IMG/VR virus record: IMGVR_UViG_3300029305_000264 | Location: 32,001 to 96,000 of that record | Strand: one strand, 5' to 3' | Source: a virus | DNA length: 64,000 bases | Part shown: piece by piece, positions 7,981 through 15,687 of the stretch | How positions within the stretch are numbered: position 1 is the stretch's first letter | Layout of the letters: every line of letters starts with the position of its first letter | Notes under the pieces: model-generated | Databases searched by the model: none | The model's input: the letters and a program-made list of their open reading frames with translations, nothing else | What the model was told of the DNA's origin: nothing | Translations under genes and position numbers: made by a program

Positions 7981-8432
7981 TGAAGGCTATTGATTACTTA
8001 GAACAGATCGAGAAGATGGATGCCAAAATCGAAACCAAGATGGAAGAATTGGAACGCCTGCAAGCATTGGCGGAGAAAACCACAGCTTCCCTTGGTGGTG
8101 AGAGGGTACAGGCATCCGGGAGCCAAACCAAACTGGAAGATTGCGTGATTAAGATTGTGAAGGTACAGAGTGAGATAAACGCAAGCATTGATAGGTTGGT
8201 AGATTACAAGAAAGAAGCAATGGAACTTATAGACCGTGCCTGCGATGCAGACTGCATCCGGTTATTGTACAAGCGGTATTTTTCGCGCATGAAGTGGGAA
8301 GAAATCGCGGTGGATATGAACTATACATATCAATGGATTTCCGGCGGACTGCATCAAAGGGCATTATCGCAGGTGCAAAAGGCACTGGATGAAAGGAGCA
8401 GAAATGACAGAGGAACAGAAAAGGAAGGTTAA
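7977..8432 (+). CDS. Sigma-70 region-4-like regulator (DUF1492-like)
   Basis: Coiled-coil N terminus, then LLYKRYF..MKWEEIAVDMNYTYQWISGGLHQRAL. Homologue at 49191-49643. Confidence 0.55.
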   Translation: MMKAIDYLEQIEKMDAKIETKMEELERLQALAEKTTASLGGERVQASGSQTKLEDCVIKIVKVQSEINASIDRLVDYKKEAMELIDRACDADCIRLLYKRYFSRMKWEEIAVDMNYTYQWISGGLHQRALSQVQKALDERSRNDRGTEKEG

Positions 8433-8703
8433 GGGGATTGCGGTATATTACGGAATAAAGTCGCAGGAGCAGGTTGCAATCGAGGAATGCGCGGAACTGA
8501 TACAGGCAATCACCAAGAGCAACCGGAGAAAGGACAGTGCAAAGGAATTTGTTGCAAGTATATCGGATATTGCCGAGGAGATTGCCGATGTGCTGATTAT
8601 GTGCGAGCAGCTTGCCTATTTGTACGGAATCGAAGCTGTAGTAAATGAGCAGATAGATTTCAAGATTGCCCGGCAGTTGGACCGGATGGAGAAAGGACAA
8701 TAA
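8404..8703 (+). CDS. MazG-like nucleotide pyrophosphohydrolase
   Basis: EExxE/EExxD-type motifs AIEECAELIQAI and IAEEIADVLIMCEQL. Confidence 0.55.
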   Translation: MTEEQKRKVKGIAVYYGIKSQEQVAIEECAELIQAITKSNRRKDSAKEFVASISDIAEEIADVLIMCEQLAYLYGIEAVVNEQIDFKIARQLDRMEKGQ

Positions 8704-9126
8704 ATGATTAAACAATGCAGGCATTGCGGCGGAAATTTTGAAGTGGATGCAAGCAATCAACACGAAAGAAGAATGGAGTATTGTTCCCAAAGATGCAGGA
8801 ACCGGGCGCACAAAGAGAGGAAGAAATTAGGTCCGGTGGAATTTGATAAAATCTGCCTTGAATGCGGCAAGGCGTACAAGGCGAAAAGATGCGACAGCGT
8901 TACTTGTAGTCCGGAATGCAATACCGAGAGAAACAAAAGGCGATCAAGGGAACAGGGTGCTGTATACCGTGAAAAAATGAGGGCGGAACGGTTGATGCTA
9001 AAAGCGCAACCGAAACCGAAGCCCATCGAAACCATTGACGAGATACAAGCCAAGGCAAAGGCAATGGGAATGAGTTACGGAAAATACCTTGCCTATGTGC
9101 AGATGCAGAAAGGAGCGTTGAAATGA
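8704..9126 (+). CDS. Double zinc-ribbon protein with GMSYGKY motif (paralogue B)
   Basis: CRHCGGNF..YCSQRCR, CLECGKAY..CSPEC and AMGMSYGKYLA. ATGA-coupled to the ThyX-like gene. Confidence 0.6.
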   Translation: MIKQCRHCGGNFEVDASNQHERRMEYCSQRCRNRAHKERKKLGPVEFDKICLECGKAYKAKRCDSVTCSPECNTERNKRRSREQGAVYREKMRAERLMLKAQPKPKPIETIDEIQAKAKAMGMSYGKYLAYVQMQKGALK

Positions 9127-9686
9127 TAGTAAGCAATGTAAATGTATACGGATTCGACAGTGCCGTGCGAGGCAGCAAGTTCCCAATGGCAACCACGGTA
9201 GAAGAATTAAACAGCAAAATTGTACCTACTACATATAAACTTGCGGTTTGCGAGAAGGGAAGCGGACACGATCAGTTTTTGACAGGTATTATCGTGCAGT
9301 TTGATTTGACATTCACTGTTAAGGCATGGACGGAAGCGGAACGATACCATTTTCTTGATTTTATTTCAAGTCAATCTACTATGCACCGGATAGCGAAGTT
9401 CGATTTAGACAATCAGTACAGCGAATATACGGATAAGCGTATGATTGCCATTATGAACGAGTTAAAGGATAGGTACAATGAAACGCAGGATTCGGAAGAT
9501 TATTTGCGACTTTTGTATTCTAATCCGTGCGGCTTTAAACTTACGGCGGCAATGACTACAAATTATCGGCAGTTAAAGACGATTTATTCGCAGAGGAAGA
9601 ACCACAGATTGCCGGAGTGGAGAGAGTTCTGTGCATGGGTGGAAACCTTGCCGTATGCAGAATTTATCACCGGGAAAGGAGAGTAA
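9123..9686 (+). CDS. ThyX-fold-like protein with degenerate RHR..S signature
   Basis: FLTGIIVQFDLTFTVKAWTEAERYHFLDFISSQSTMH and TTNYRQLKTIYSQRKNHRLPEWREF align by eye to the ThyX motif regions. The core is ~98% identical to 51233-51799. Confidence 0.5.
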   Translation: MIVSNVNVYGFDSAVRGSKFPMATTVEELNSKIVPTTYKLAVCEKGSGHDQFLTGIIVQFDLTFTVKAWTEAERYHFLDFISSQSTMHRIAKFDLDNQYSEYTDKRMIAIMNELKDRYNETQDSEDYLRLLYSNPCGFKLTAAMTTNYRQLKTIYSQRKNHRLPEWREFCAWVETLPYAEFITGKGE

Positions 9687-9688
9687 GT

Positions 9689-10204
9689 ATGTTTAAAGTT
9701 GGTGAAGAAGTTTTAATCAGATCAAAGGTATTAGAAGTAAATCCGGCAAACTTGACCTATGATTGCGAAATTGGAATCGGAGGAAGAAGATATGGCTACG
9801 AAATTCCGGCAGAGTGCATTGTTTTTACAGACAAAACCTATTCTGACGGTTTGAACGATGCGTGGGAGTTGGCGAAGAAGATTTACGACACAACACACGC
9901 AGATAGAAACAAAATATTCGGTATGGATAATTCTTGTAACGGAATAAAGAATGTGTTCGATATGTTCAAACCGGAAGAAGCCCTTGCCAAAATCGAAGCC
10001 TATGAGAAGGAAAAGGAAATCAAGGTGGGGGATGTGGTAGAGGATGAAGAAGGAACAAAGGCACTTGTCATTGACGAAGCCACAGAAAACACTTGCTTTG
10101 TTTTTACGGAAAACGGATGTGTTGAGGATTGGTACAAAATGGATTTGAAAAAGACCGGAAATAAAATTTCGATTGAATCATTGCTTCGGCAGATTGGAGA
10201 GTGA
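9689..10204 (+). CDS. Hypothetical protein
   Basis: 171-aa ORF from ATG 9689 with GGAGAG RBS. Confidence 0.5.
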   Translation: MFKVGEEVLIRSKVLEVNPANLTYDCEIGIGGRRYGYEIPAECIVFTDKTYSDGLNDAWELAKKIYDTTHADRNKIFGMDNSCNGIKNVFDMFKPEEALAKIEAYEKEKEIKVGDVVEDEEGTKALVIDEATENTCFVFTENGCVEDWYKMDLKKTGNKISIESLLRQIGE

Positions 10205-10208
10205 CGGA

Positions 10209-10382
10209 ATGAAGGACACTAGAGAATCACTAAAGCGGAAGTACAGAGCCGGGGAGATTACCGTAATTGAATTTCGGGATGGTTTGCAGGAAATCGAAGC
10301 CAAAGACCGAGAGCAACGAGAAAAACTGATAGAACGGTTAGAGCAGGAAAGCGAGGTAAGCGGAAATGAGTATGATTTTTAA
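10209..10382 (+). CDS. Conserved small hypothetical protein
   Basis: MKDTRESLKRKYRAGEITVIEFRDGLQEIEAKDRE aligns with 49748-49951. Confidence 0.5.
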   Translation: MKDTRESLKRKYRAGEITVIEFRDGLQEIEAKDREQREKLIERLEQESEVSGNEYDF

Positions 10383-10665
10383 TGATTTGAAAGAAAATGA
10401 AGATAATTTTTGTTTTGGTGGTTACATGAACGCATTGCCAGTTCAAAAGAAAAATACGGACATTGAAGAATTAAAGGCATACAGAGCAATCGGCACTGTT
10501 TCCGAGTTCCGAGAGTTGAAGGAAAAGGCAACGGCAAAGAGGCCGAAAACGAAAAAGTATGTTTGTCCAAACTGCAAAAGAACACTGAATGTAACGAGGT
10601 ATGATACTTATTGTGAGATTTGTTGCGGAAGGCTGTATGTTGATTGGAGCGAAGGAAAGGAGTGA
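10366..10665 (+). CDS. Zinc-ribbon protein
   Basis: 99 aa with CPNCKR...YCEICCG. Confidence 0.45.
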   Translation: MSMIFNDLKENEDNFCFGGYMNALPVQKKNTDIEELKAYRAIGTVSEFRELKEKATAKRPKTKKYVCPNCKRTLNVTRYDTYCEICCGRLYVDWSEGKE

Positions 10666-10669
10666 TAGC

Positions 10670-10912
10670 ATGGACAGAAATTGTGATAAGTGCATCCACC
10701 ACACAAGCGGAACGTGCGATTCTTGGAATTGCAAGATGCAGACGGTGGAAGGATTGGTAAAGGAAACGAGAGCAAAGGCAATCGAGGAATTTTCGGAACA
10801 GATAAAGGCAAGAGCGCATTCCACGGAGAGAAACGATTGGAGCGCAGATTACATGATTAGCATTTGGGAAAGCGTGATTGATGAAATCACAAATGAACTG
10901 AAAGGAGAGTGA
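10670..10912 (+). CDS. Cys-rich small protein
   Basis: MDRNCDKCIHHTSGTCDSWNC... GGAAAGGAG RBS. Confidence 0.45.
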   Translation: MDRNCDKCIHHTSGTCDSWNCKMQTVEGLVKETRAKAIEEFSEQIKARAHSTERNDWSADYMISIWESVIDEITNELKGE

Positions 10913-10916
10913 TACC

Positions 10917-11273
10917 ATGCGTATAGAGATTGAGATACCGAAGGAGTTTGAGGGAGATTACGATGCGGATAGGTTTAGTGATTTCTTTTCAAGAGCCGTG
11001 ATTGACATTGAAACCATGCAAGGAATGTGTGGTAGATATGAAGTGGAAACCGCAGAAATGCTCCGAAAGGCTTTTGTGGAGAGTAAACTTGCCTACGATG
11101 TGGAAGCGGTGGTTGCGGAACTGGAAGTAGAAAAAGAACGACACGAAAAGGATAGAACATATTGGTCTGAACACTCATGGAAAGATTCACTTATGTATAA
11201 CGAGTGCGATATGAGCGACAGAAAGGCGGATTGTTTTGATGCGGCAATCTCGATTGTCCGAGGAAAGGAGTAA
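10917..11273 (+). CDS. Hypothetical acidic protein
   Basis: 118-aa ORF in the packed + strand operon. Confidence 0.45.
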   Translation: MRIEIEIPKEFEGDYDADRFSDFFSRAVIDIETMQGMCGRYEVETAEMLRKAFVESKLAYDVEAVVAELEVEKERHEKDRTYWSEHSWKDSLMYNECDMSDRKADCFDAAISIVRGKE

Positions 11274-11276
11274 GGG

Positions 11277-11447
11277 ATGAAGAAAACAATTTGCATTTGC
11301 GACCATTGCGGAGAAGAATTTAATCCCATGAATGGTTATGAAGATACTGAAATTAGTGATTTTGATTTCGTGAAAAGAGTTGATTTATGTACGGATTGTT
11401 ACAATGAATTGTGCGAAATAGTAAGAGAGTTCGTCCATGTGGATTAG
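11277..11447 (+). CDS. Cys-rich mini-protein (56 aa)
   Basis: MKKTICICDHCGEEF...LCTDCYNELC. AGGAAAGGAG RBS. Not in the ORF track because it is under 60 aa. Confidence 0.4.
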   Translation: MKKTICICDHCGEEFNPMNGYEDTEISDFDFVKRVDLCTDCYNELCEIVREFVHVD

Positions 11448-11459
11448 AAAGGAGCAACC

Positions 11460-11636
11460 ATGACCGGAGAACGGAAAAGAGTGTGTTGTAATTGCGGCAA
11501 TAACATCCGAAAACAAGAAGATGATGCACACGTTAAATGCGAATGTGCCATAGACGGACACCGTATAGGATATGTAGAGTGTTTCGAGCATTGGTGCAGA
11601 CGATGGAAGAAGGAAAGGAAGTGGGAGCAACCATGA
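11460..11636 (+). CDS. Cys-rich mini-protein (58 aa)
   Basis: MTGERKRVCCNCGNN..KCECAIDGH..CFEHWC. AAAGGAG RBS. Confidence 0.4.
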   Translation: MTGERKRVCCNCGNNIRKQEDDAHVKCECAIDGHRIGYVECFEHWCRRWKKERKWEQP

Positions 11637-11728
11637 AAGATAAAATCAAAGAATATTTACCGTTGCTACTCTTGAAAGGTACGGTTTTCCTTGCGATTGC
11701 TGGATTTATGTTGATGTTGTGTGAATAG
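11633..11728 (+). CDS. 31-aa single-TM mini-protein
   Basis: MKDKIKEYLPLLLLKGTVFLAIAGFMLMLCE. ATGA overlap. Counterpart at 50190-50294. Confidence 0.35.
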   Translation: MKDKIKEYLPLLLLKGTVFLAIAGFMLMLCE

Positions 11729-11739
11729 GGGGTGTAAAA

Positions 11740-11859
11740 ATGGATCAGAAACCGAAATGCGGATTTGATGAAAAGGAACCATGTACAAAGAAGTGTATAT
11801 ATTTCGACACCTGCACCCGGAATCCGAATAAAAAGCGGAAAAAGAAACCGGAAACCTAG
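11740..11859 (+). CDS. Cys-rich basic mini-protein (39 aa)
   Basis: MDQKPKCGFDEKEPCTKKCIYFDTCTRNPNKKRKKKPET. GGGGGTG RBS. Confidence 0.3.
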   Translation: MDQKPKCGFDEKEPCTKKCIYFDTCTRNPNKKRKKKPET

Positions 11860-11911
11860 CAAAAAATGAAAAAAAGTTGAAAAGAGTTTGCAAAACTTTA
11901 TAAAACTTTGT

Positions 11912-11940
11912 GGTAATTTCATGACCGGGATATTATAATG
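11912..11940 (+). promoter_or_regulatory. Candidate late promoter (weak -35)
   Basis: TGGTAA, 17 bp spacer, TATAAT (11935-11940). Aligns with 51845-51873 in prophage 2 (shared AAAAGTTG and GATATTAT blocks). Confidence 0.35.
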
Positions 11941-11967
11941 TATAATGTAAGAAAGGTAAACAAAATA

Positions 11968-12417
11968 ATGTATAGCATATACAAAATTACAAACGATGTG
12001 AACGGAAAGGTTTACATCGGAAAAACGATGAAGCCGATTGATGCAAGGTGGAAGCAACATTGCTACAATGTGAAAACGATTCACAGATTCAAATTGCAAG
12101 AAGCAATAGAGAAGTACGGCGAAATGAATTTCACCATTGAAAAGATTGACGAAGCGGCAACGAACGAAGAAGCCTGCGAAAAGGAAATCTTTTGGATAAA
12201 GCACTACGACAGTATATATCCAAACGGATATAATTGCACAAAGGGCGGCACACACAGCGGCGGATGCCGGAAAGTAAAGAATGTTGAAACCGGAGAGGTT
12301 TTCGACACAATGACAGAAGCCGCAAAAAAGTACAATCGGCGCATACGCGCCATTGAACAGGTTCTTGATAAACCGCACCGAACAAGTGCAGGTTGTCATT
12401 GGATAACAATTACATAA
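11968..12417 (+). CDS. GIY-YIG homing endonuclease (I-TevI-like)
   Basis: MYSIYKITNDVNGKVYIGKT...R...H...E..WI..Y....NGYN, then a C-terminal DNA-binding-like region. Absent at the equivalent site of prophage 2. Confidence 0.75.
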   Translation: MYSIYKITNDVNGKVYIGKTMKPIDARWKQHCYNVKTIHRFKLQEAIEKYGEMNFTIEKIDEAATNEEACEKEIFWIKHYDSIYPNGYNCTKGGTHSGGCRKVKNVETGEVFDTMTEAAKKYNRRIRAIEQVLDKPHRTSAGCHWITIT

Positions 12418-12427
12418 GCGATTCATA

Positions 12428-12468
12428 AAAGGCACTGTCTACCATTTCGGACGGTGCCTTTTGTATTT
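12428..12468 (+). terminator. Intrinsic terminator 1 upstream of terS
   Basis: GGCACTGTC..GACGGTGCC stem (9-10 bp, 8-nt loop) followed by TTTTGTATTT. Confidence 0.65.
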
Positions 12469-12513
12469 AGCCTGCCGATATTCCCACTCCTTATATCGGT
12501 GGGCTTTTTGTTT
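12469..12513 (+). terminator. Intrinsic terminator 2 upstream of terS
   Basis: AGCCTGCCGATAT..ATATCGGTGGGCT stem (two G-U pairs) followed by TTTTTGTTT. Confidence 0.6.
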
Positions 12514-12543
12514 GGAGAAAAACAGAAAGGGCGGTGTTGCAGG

Positions 12544-12963
12544 ATGGCGAAGCTAACAGCAAAACAGCAGCGGTTCTGTGATGAGTATTTAATTGACTTG
12601 AATGCAACACAGGCGGCAATAAGAGCAGGATATTCGGAAAAGACAGCAAAACAGATTGCAAATGAGAACATGACAAAACCTTACTTGCGAGAATACATTG
12701 ACAAAAGGCTTGCAGAGAAGGACAAGGAACTGATTGCGGACCAAGACGAAATACTGAAATACCTTACCGCAGTTATGCGAGGAACCGAAACGGACGAACA
12801 GTGTGTTGTCGATCTGGAAGGCGGAGTGTCAAAGATTCCGGTGCGAAAGCAGGTAAACCAATTAAAGGCGGCAGAAATGCTTGCGAAACGATACGGATTG
12901 TTGGTTGACAAAATGGAAGTGGATGCGGATATGGAAATGACAATCAATGTCCGCCGGGTGTAG
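12544..12963 (+). CDS. terS: Terminase small subunit
   Basis: MAKLTAKQQRFCDEYLIDLNATQAAIRAGYSEKTA is the classic terminase-small (P27/Terminase_4) N terminus. Confidence 0.85.
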   Translation: MAKLTAKQQRFCDEYLIDLNATQAAIRAGYSEKTAKQIANENMTKPYLREYIDKRLAEKDKELIADQDEILKYLTAVMRGTETDEQCVVDLEGGVSKIPVRKQVNQLKAAEMLAKRYGLLVDKMEVDADMEMTINVRRV

Positions 12964-12966
12964 CTT

Positions 12967-14199
12967 ATGGATATTGATATCAACATGAACGCCTGCTTCG
13001 AGGAAGTGGATGATAGCAAGAAGCGGTATATAGTGATGAAGGGCAGTGCAGGTTCCGGGAAATCGGTTGATACTGCCATGAATTATATTTTGAGAATGAT
13101 GCAGGACAAGGGCAGGAACCTTGTGTGCATCCGTAAATCAGATATTACAAACCGTGACAGCACCTATGCAGAGTTGACAGGTGCTGTTTATCGGATGTTT
13201 GGAGCGCAGGCGGATAAATATTGGGATATAAAGCAAAGCCCATTGCAGCTTACTTGCAAGGCGAACGGAAACAAGATAATCTTCCGGGGCGTGAACGATG
13301 AGAAGCAACGAGAGAAGCTGAAATCTATCACCTTCCAAAAGGGCAAACTTACAGATGTATGGATAGAGGAAGCAACGGAAATCACGCAGGCAGACTTCGA
13401 AATAATAGACGATAGATTGCGTGGCGAACTTCCGCCGGGGCAGTTCTATCAAATACGATTGACTTTCAATCCGGTAAACAAGAATCACTGGATAAAGAAA
13501 GTCTTTTTTGATATTCCGGACGAAAATGTGCTTACACACCACAGCACATATCTAACAAATAGATTCATAGACGATGCGTACCGGGCGCGAATGGAACGAA
13601 GAAAGGTTGTCGATCCGGAAGGATATCAAATCTATGGATTGGGAGAATGGGGCGAAATTGGCGGTTTGATACTCCATAATTGGGAAGTCAAAGAGATTTC
13701 GCAGAATCCGGCAGATTACGATGATTTCGCAATCGGGCAGGACTTCGGATTCAACCATGCAAACGCAATTCTCCCGGTTGGATGGAAAGACGGTGATTTG
13801 TACATCACCAAAGAAATCTATGAGTTTGAAAAGGACACTTCGGAACTGATTGCCATTGCGGAGCAGATGGAGATACCGAAGAACCGGGAAATGTGGTGCG
13901 ATAGCGCGGAGCCGGACAGAATCAAGATGTGGAAGAAAGCAGGCTTCCGGGCAAAGGGCGTTGATAAGGGCGGTTCCGCAGGTTCCGTCAAGGCGCAAAT
14001 TGATTGGCTTAAACAGCGGAAAATATATGTGCATCCTTCCTGCACGAATACCATTAAGGAATTGCAACAGTGGAAATGGAAGAAGGATGAAAAGACCGGG
14101 GAATATTACGATGAGCCAGTATCGTTCCAAGACGATGCAATGGCGGCGTTGCGATATGTTCCGGAACGATGGAGAAAGCAAAAAGGTTGGCTTGTATAG
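12967..14199 (+). CDS. terL: Terminase large subunit (PBSX-like)
   Basis: 410 aa. Walker A KGSAGSGKS and a C-terminal nuclease region. ~80-85% identical to 52484-53719. Confidence 0.9.
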   Translation: MDIDINMNACFEEVDDSKKRYIVMKGSAGSGKSVDTAMNYILRMMQDKGRNLVCIRKSDITNRDSTYAELTGAVYRMFGAQADKYWDIKQSPLQLTCKANGNKIIFRGVNDEKQREKLKSITFQKGKLTDVWIEEATEITQADFEIIDDRLRGELPPGQFYQIRLTFNPVNKNHWIKKVFFDIPDENVLTHHSTYLTNRFIDDAYRARMERRKVVDPEGYQIYGLGEWGEIGGLILHNWEVKEISQNPADYDDFAIGQDFGFNHANAILPVGWKDGDLYITKEIYEFEKDTSELIAIAEQMEIPKNREMWCDSAEPDRIKMWKKAGFRAKGVDKGGSAGSVKAQIDWLKQRKIYVHPSCTNTIKELQQWKWKKDEKTGEYYDEPVSFQDDAMAALRYVPERWRKQKGWLV

Positions 14200-14214
14200 A
14201 AAGGCGGTGCAAAA

Positions 14215-15687
14215 GTGCTTAGAATTGAAGAAATAAAGCAGTTTATGGATGAAGATGCGGCATCCGCAAAAAAGAGGTTGGCGCGGCAGGGCGAAGCCTA
14301 TTACAACGGTGAGCATGACATACTGAACACGCGGTTATTTTATTACAATGCGGATGGAAATCTTGTAGAAGATAAGACAAGAAGCAATGTAAAGATTCCG
14401 CATCCGTTCTTCACGGAATTAGTAGACCAAGCAACACAGTATATCCTTTCCGGTGAAGGCGGCTTTATCCGGTCCGACAAACCGGAGTTACAAACGGAAC
14501 TGGATGCCTATTTCAACGAGAACGAAGATTTTGTTTCGGAACTGTCCGAGGTATTGACCGGATGCCAAACAAAGGGATTCGATTATATGCACGCATATAA
14601 GAACGCGGACAACAGAACGGCGTTTGCCTGCGCTGATTCAATCGGCGTTATTGAGGTAGAAGCAAGATTTGCGAGTGATGAAAAAGAGCATATCATTTAT
14701 TGGTATATTGACCGGGTAGATCGTGAAGGAAAGAGAATCAAGCGCATTATGGATTGGGATGCGGAGCAGGTTGCATATTATGTGCAGGCGGACAACGGAG
14801 AAATCGAGGTTGATACGATGGAACCGATAAATCCGAAGCCGCACACACTGTATGCAGAGGAAGGCAAGGAAAAGACCTACTATGATTCCTTCGGATATAT
14901 TCCTTTCTTCCGGTTGGATGGATGCAAGAAGCAGACTTCCGCATTAAAGCCGATTAAGCCGCTTATTGACGATTACGATGTAATGGCAAGCAGTCTTTCC
15001 AATAACCTTGCAGATTTCGATACTCCGATTCATGTTGTAAGAGGATTCGAGGGTGATAATCTTGATGTATTACAGCAGAACTTGAAAACGAAGAAACTTA
15101 TCGGGGTAAGTGAGGAAGGCGGCGTTGAGGTTCACACGGTAGACATTCCGTATCAAGCGCGGCAGGCGAAGTTGGAATTGGACGAAAAGAATATTTACCG
15201 TTTCGGCTTCGGCTTGAATCTGTCCGGTATGAAGGACACGGCGGCAACAACCAACATTGCAATCAAGGCGGCATATTCCCTGCTTGATTTGAAGTGTTCC
15301 AAGTTGGAAATCCGGTTGAAGCAGTTCCTGCGGAAGATTATCAAGGTTGTTATTGATGAAATCAACAAACAGCAGGGCACCGATTACCAAATGAAGGATG
15401 TATATTTCAGCTTTGAACATGAAATTATGTCAAACGAGCAGGAGAACGCACAGAACCGATTGACCGAAGCACAGAAGCGGCAGACGGAAATCACAACGCT
15501 TTTAAATATTGCGGCGCAGCTTGACAATGAAACCTTGATGCAGTTGATTTGCGAGCAGTTGGACCTTGATTACGATGATATCAAAGACAAACTTCCGAAT
15601 CCGGATGAAGCGGAGCAGGAAGTGAACGCGGCGCAGGCGGCATTGAACAATGCCCCGGTGGAAGAAGTAGGTGTTGCGGTTGAATAA
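14215..15687 (+). CDS. Portal protein (SPP1 gp6-like)
   Basis: 490 aa, GTG start. Position after terL. Conserved with 53886-55376. Confidence 0.85.
   Translation: MLRIEEIKQFMDEDAASAKKRLARQGEAYYNGEHDILNTRLFYYNADGNLVEDKTRSNVKIPHPFFTELVDQATQYILSGEGGFIRSDKPELQTELDAYFNENEDFVSELSEVLTGCQTKGFDYMHAYKNADNRTAFACADSIGVIEVEARFASDEKEHIIYWYIDRVDREGKRIKRIMDWDAEQVAYYVQADNGEIEVDTMEPINPKPHTLYAEEGKEKTYYDSFGYIPFFRLDGCKKQTSALKPIKPLIDDYDVMASSLSNNLADFDTPIHVVRGFEGDNLDVLQQNLKTKKLIGVSEEGGVEVHTVDIPYQARQAKLELDEKNIYRFGFGLNLSGMKDTAATTNIAIKAAYSLLDLKCSKLEIRLKQFLRKIIKVVIDEINKQQGTDYQMKDVYFSFEHEIMSNEQENAQNRLTEAQKRQTEITTLLNIAAQLDNETLMQLICEQLDLDYDDIKDKLPNPDEAEQEVNAAQAALNNAPVEEVGVAVE

Noticed and set aside
11533-12435. 300-aa minus-strand ORF
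   Set aside because: It overlaps the GIY-YIG endonuclease gene and several RBS-preceded + strand mini-ORFs. Its composition is hydrophobic and Cys/Phe-rich. It is a shadow ORF.
13552-14316. 254-aa minus-strand ORF, and similar ones at 8227-8811, 29916-30542, 47500-48105, 53892-54515 and 58320-59033
   Set aside because: All are antisense to + strand genes with clear family motifs or inter-phage homologues. None has a counterpart conserved as protein in the other prophage.
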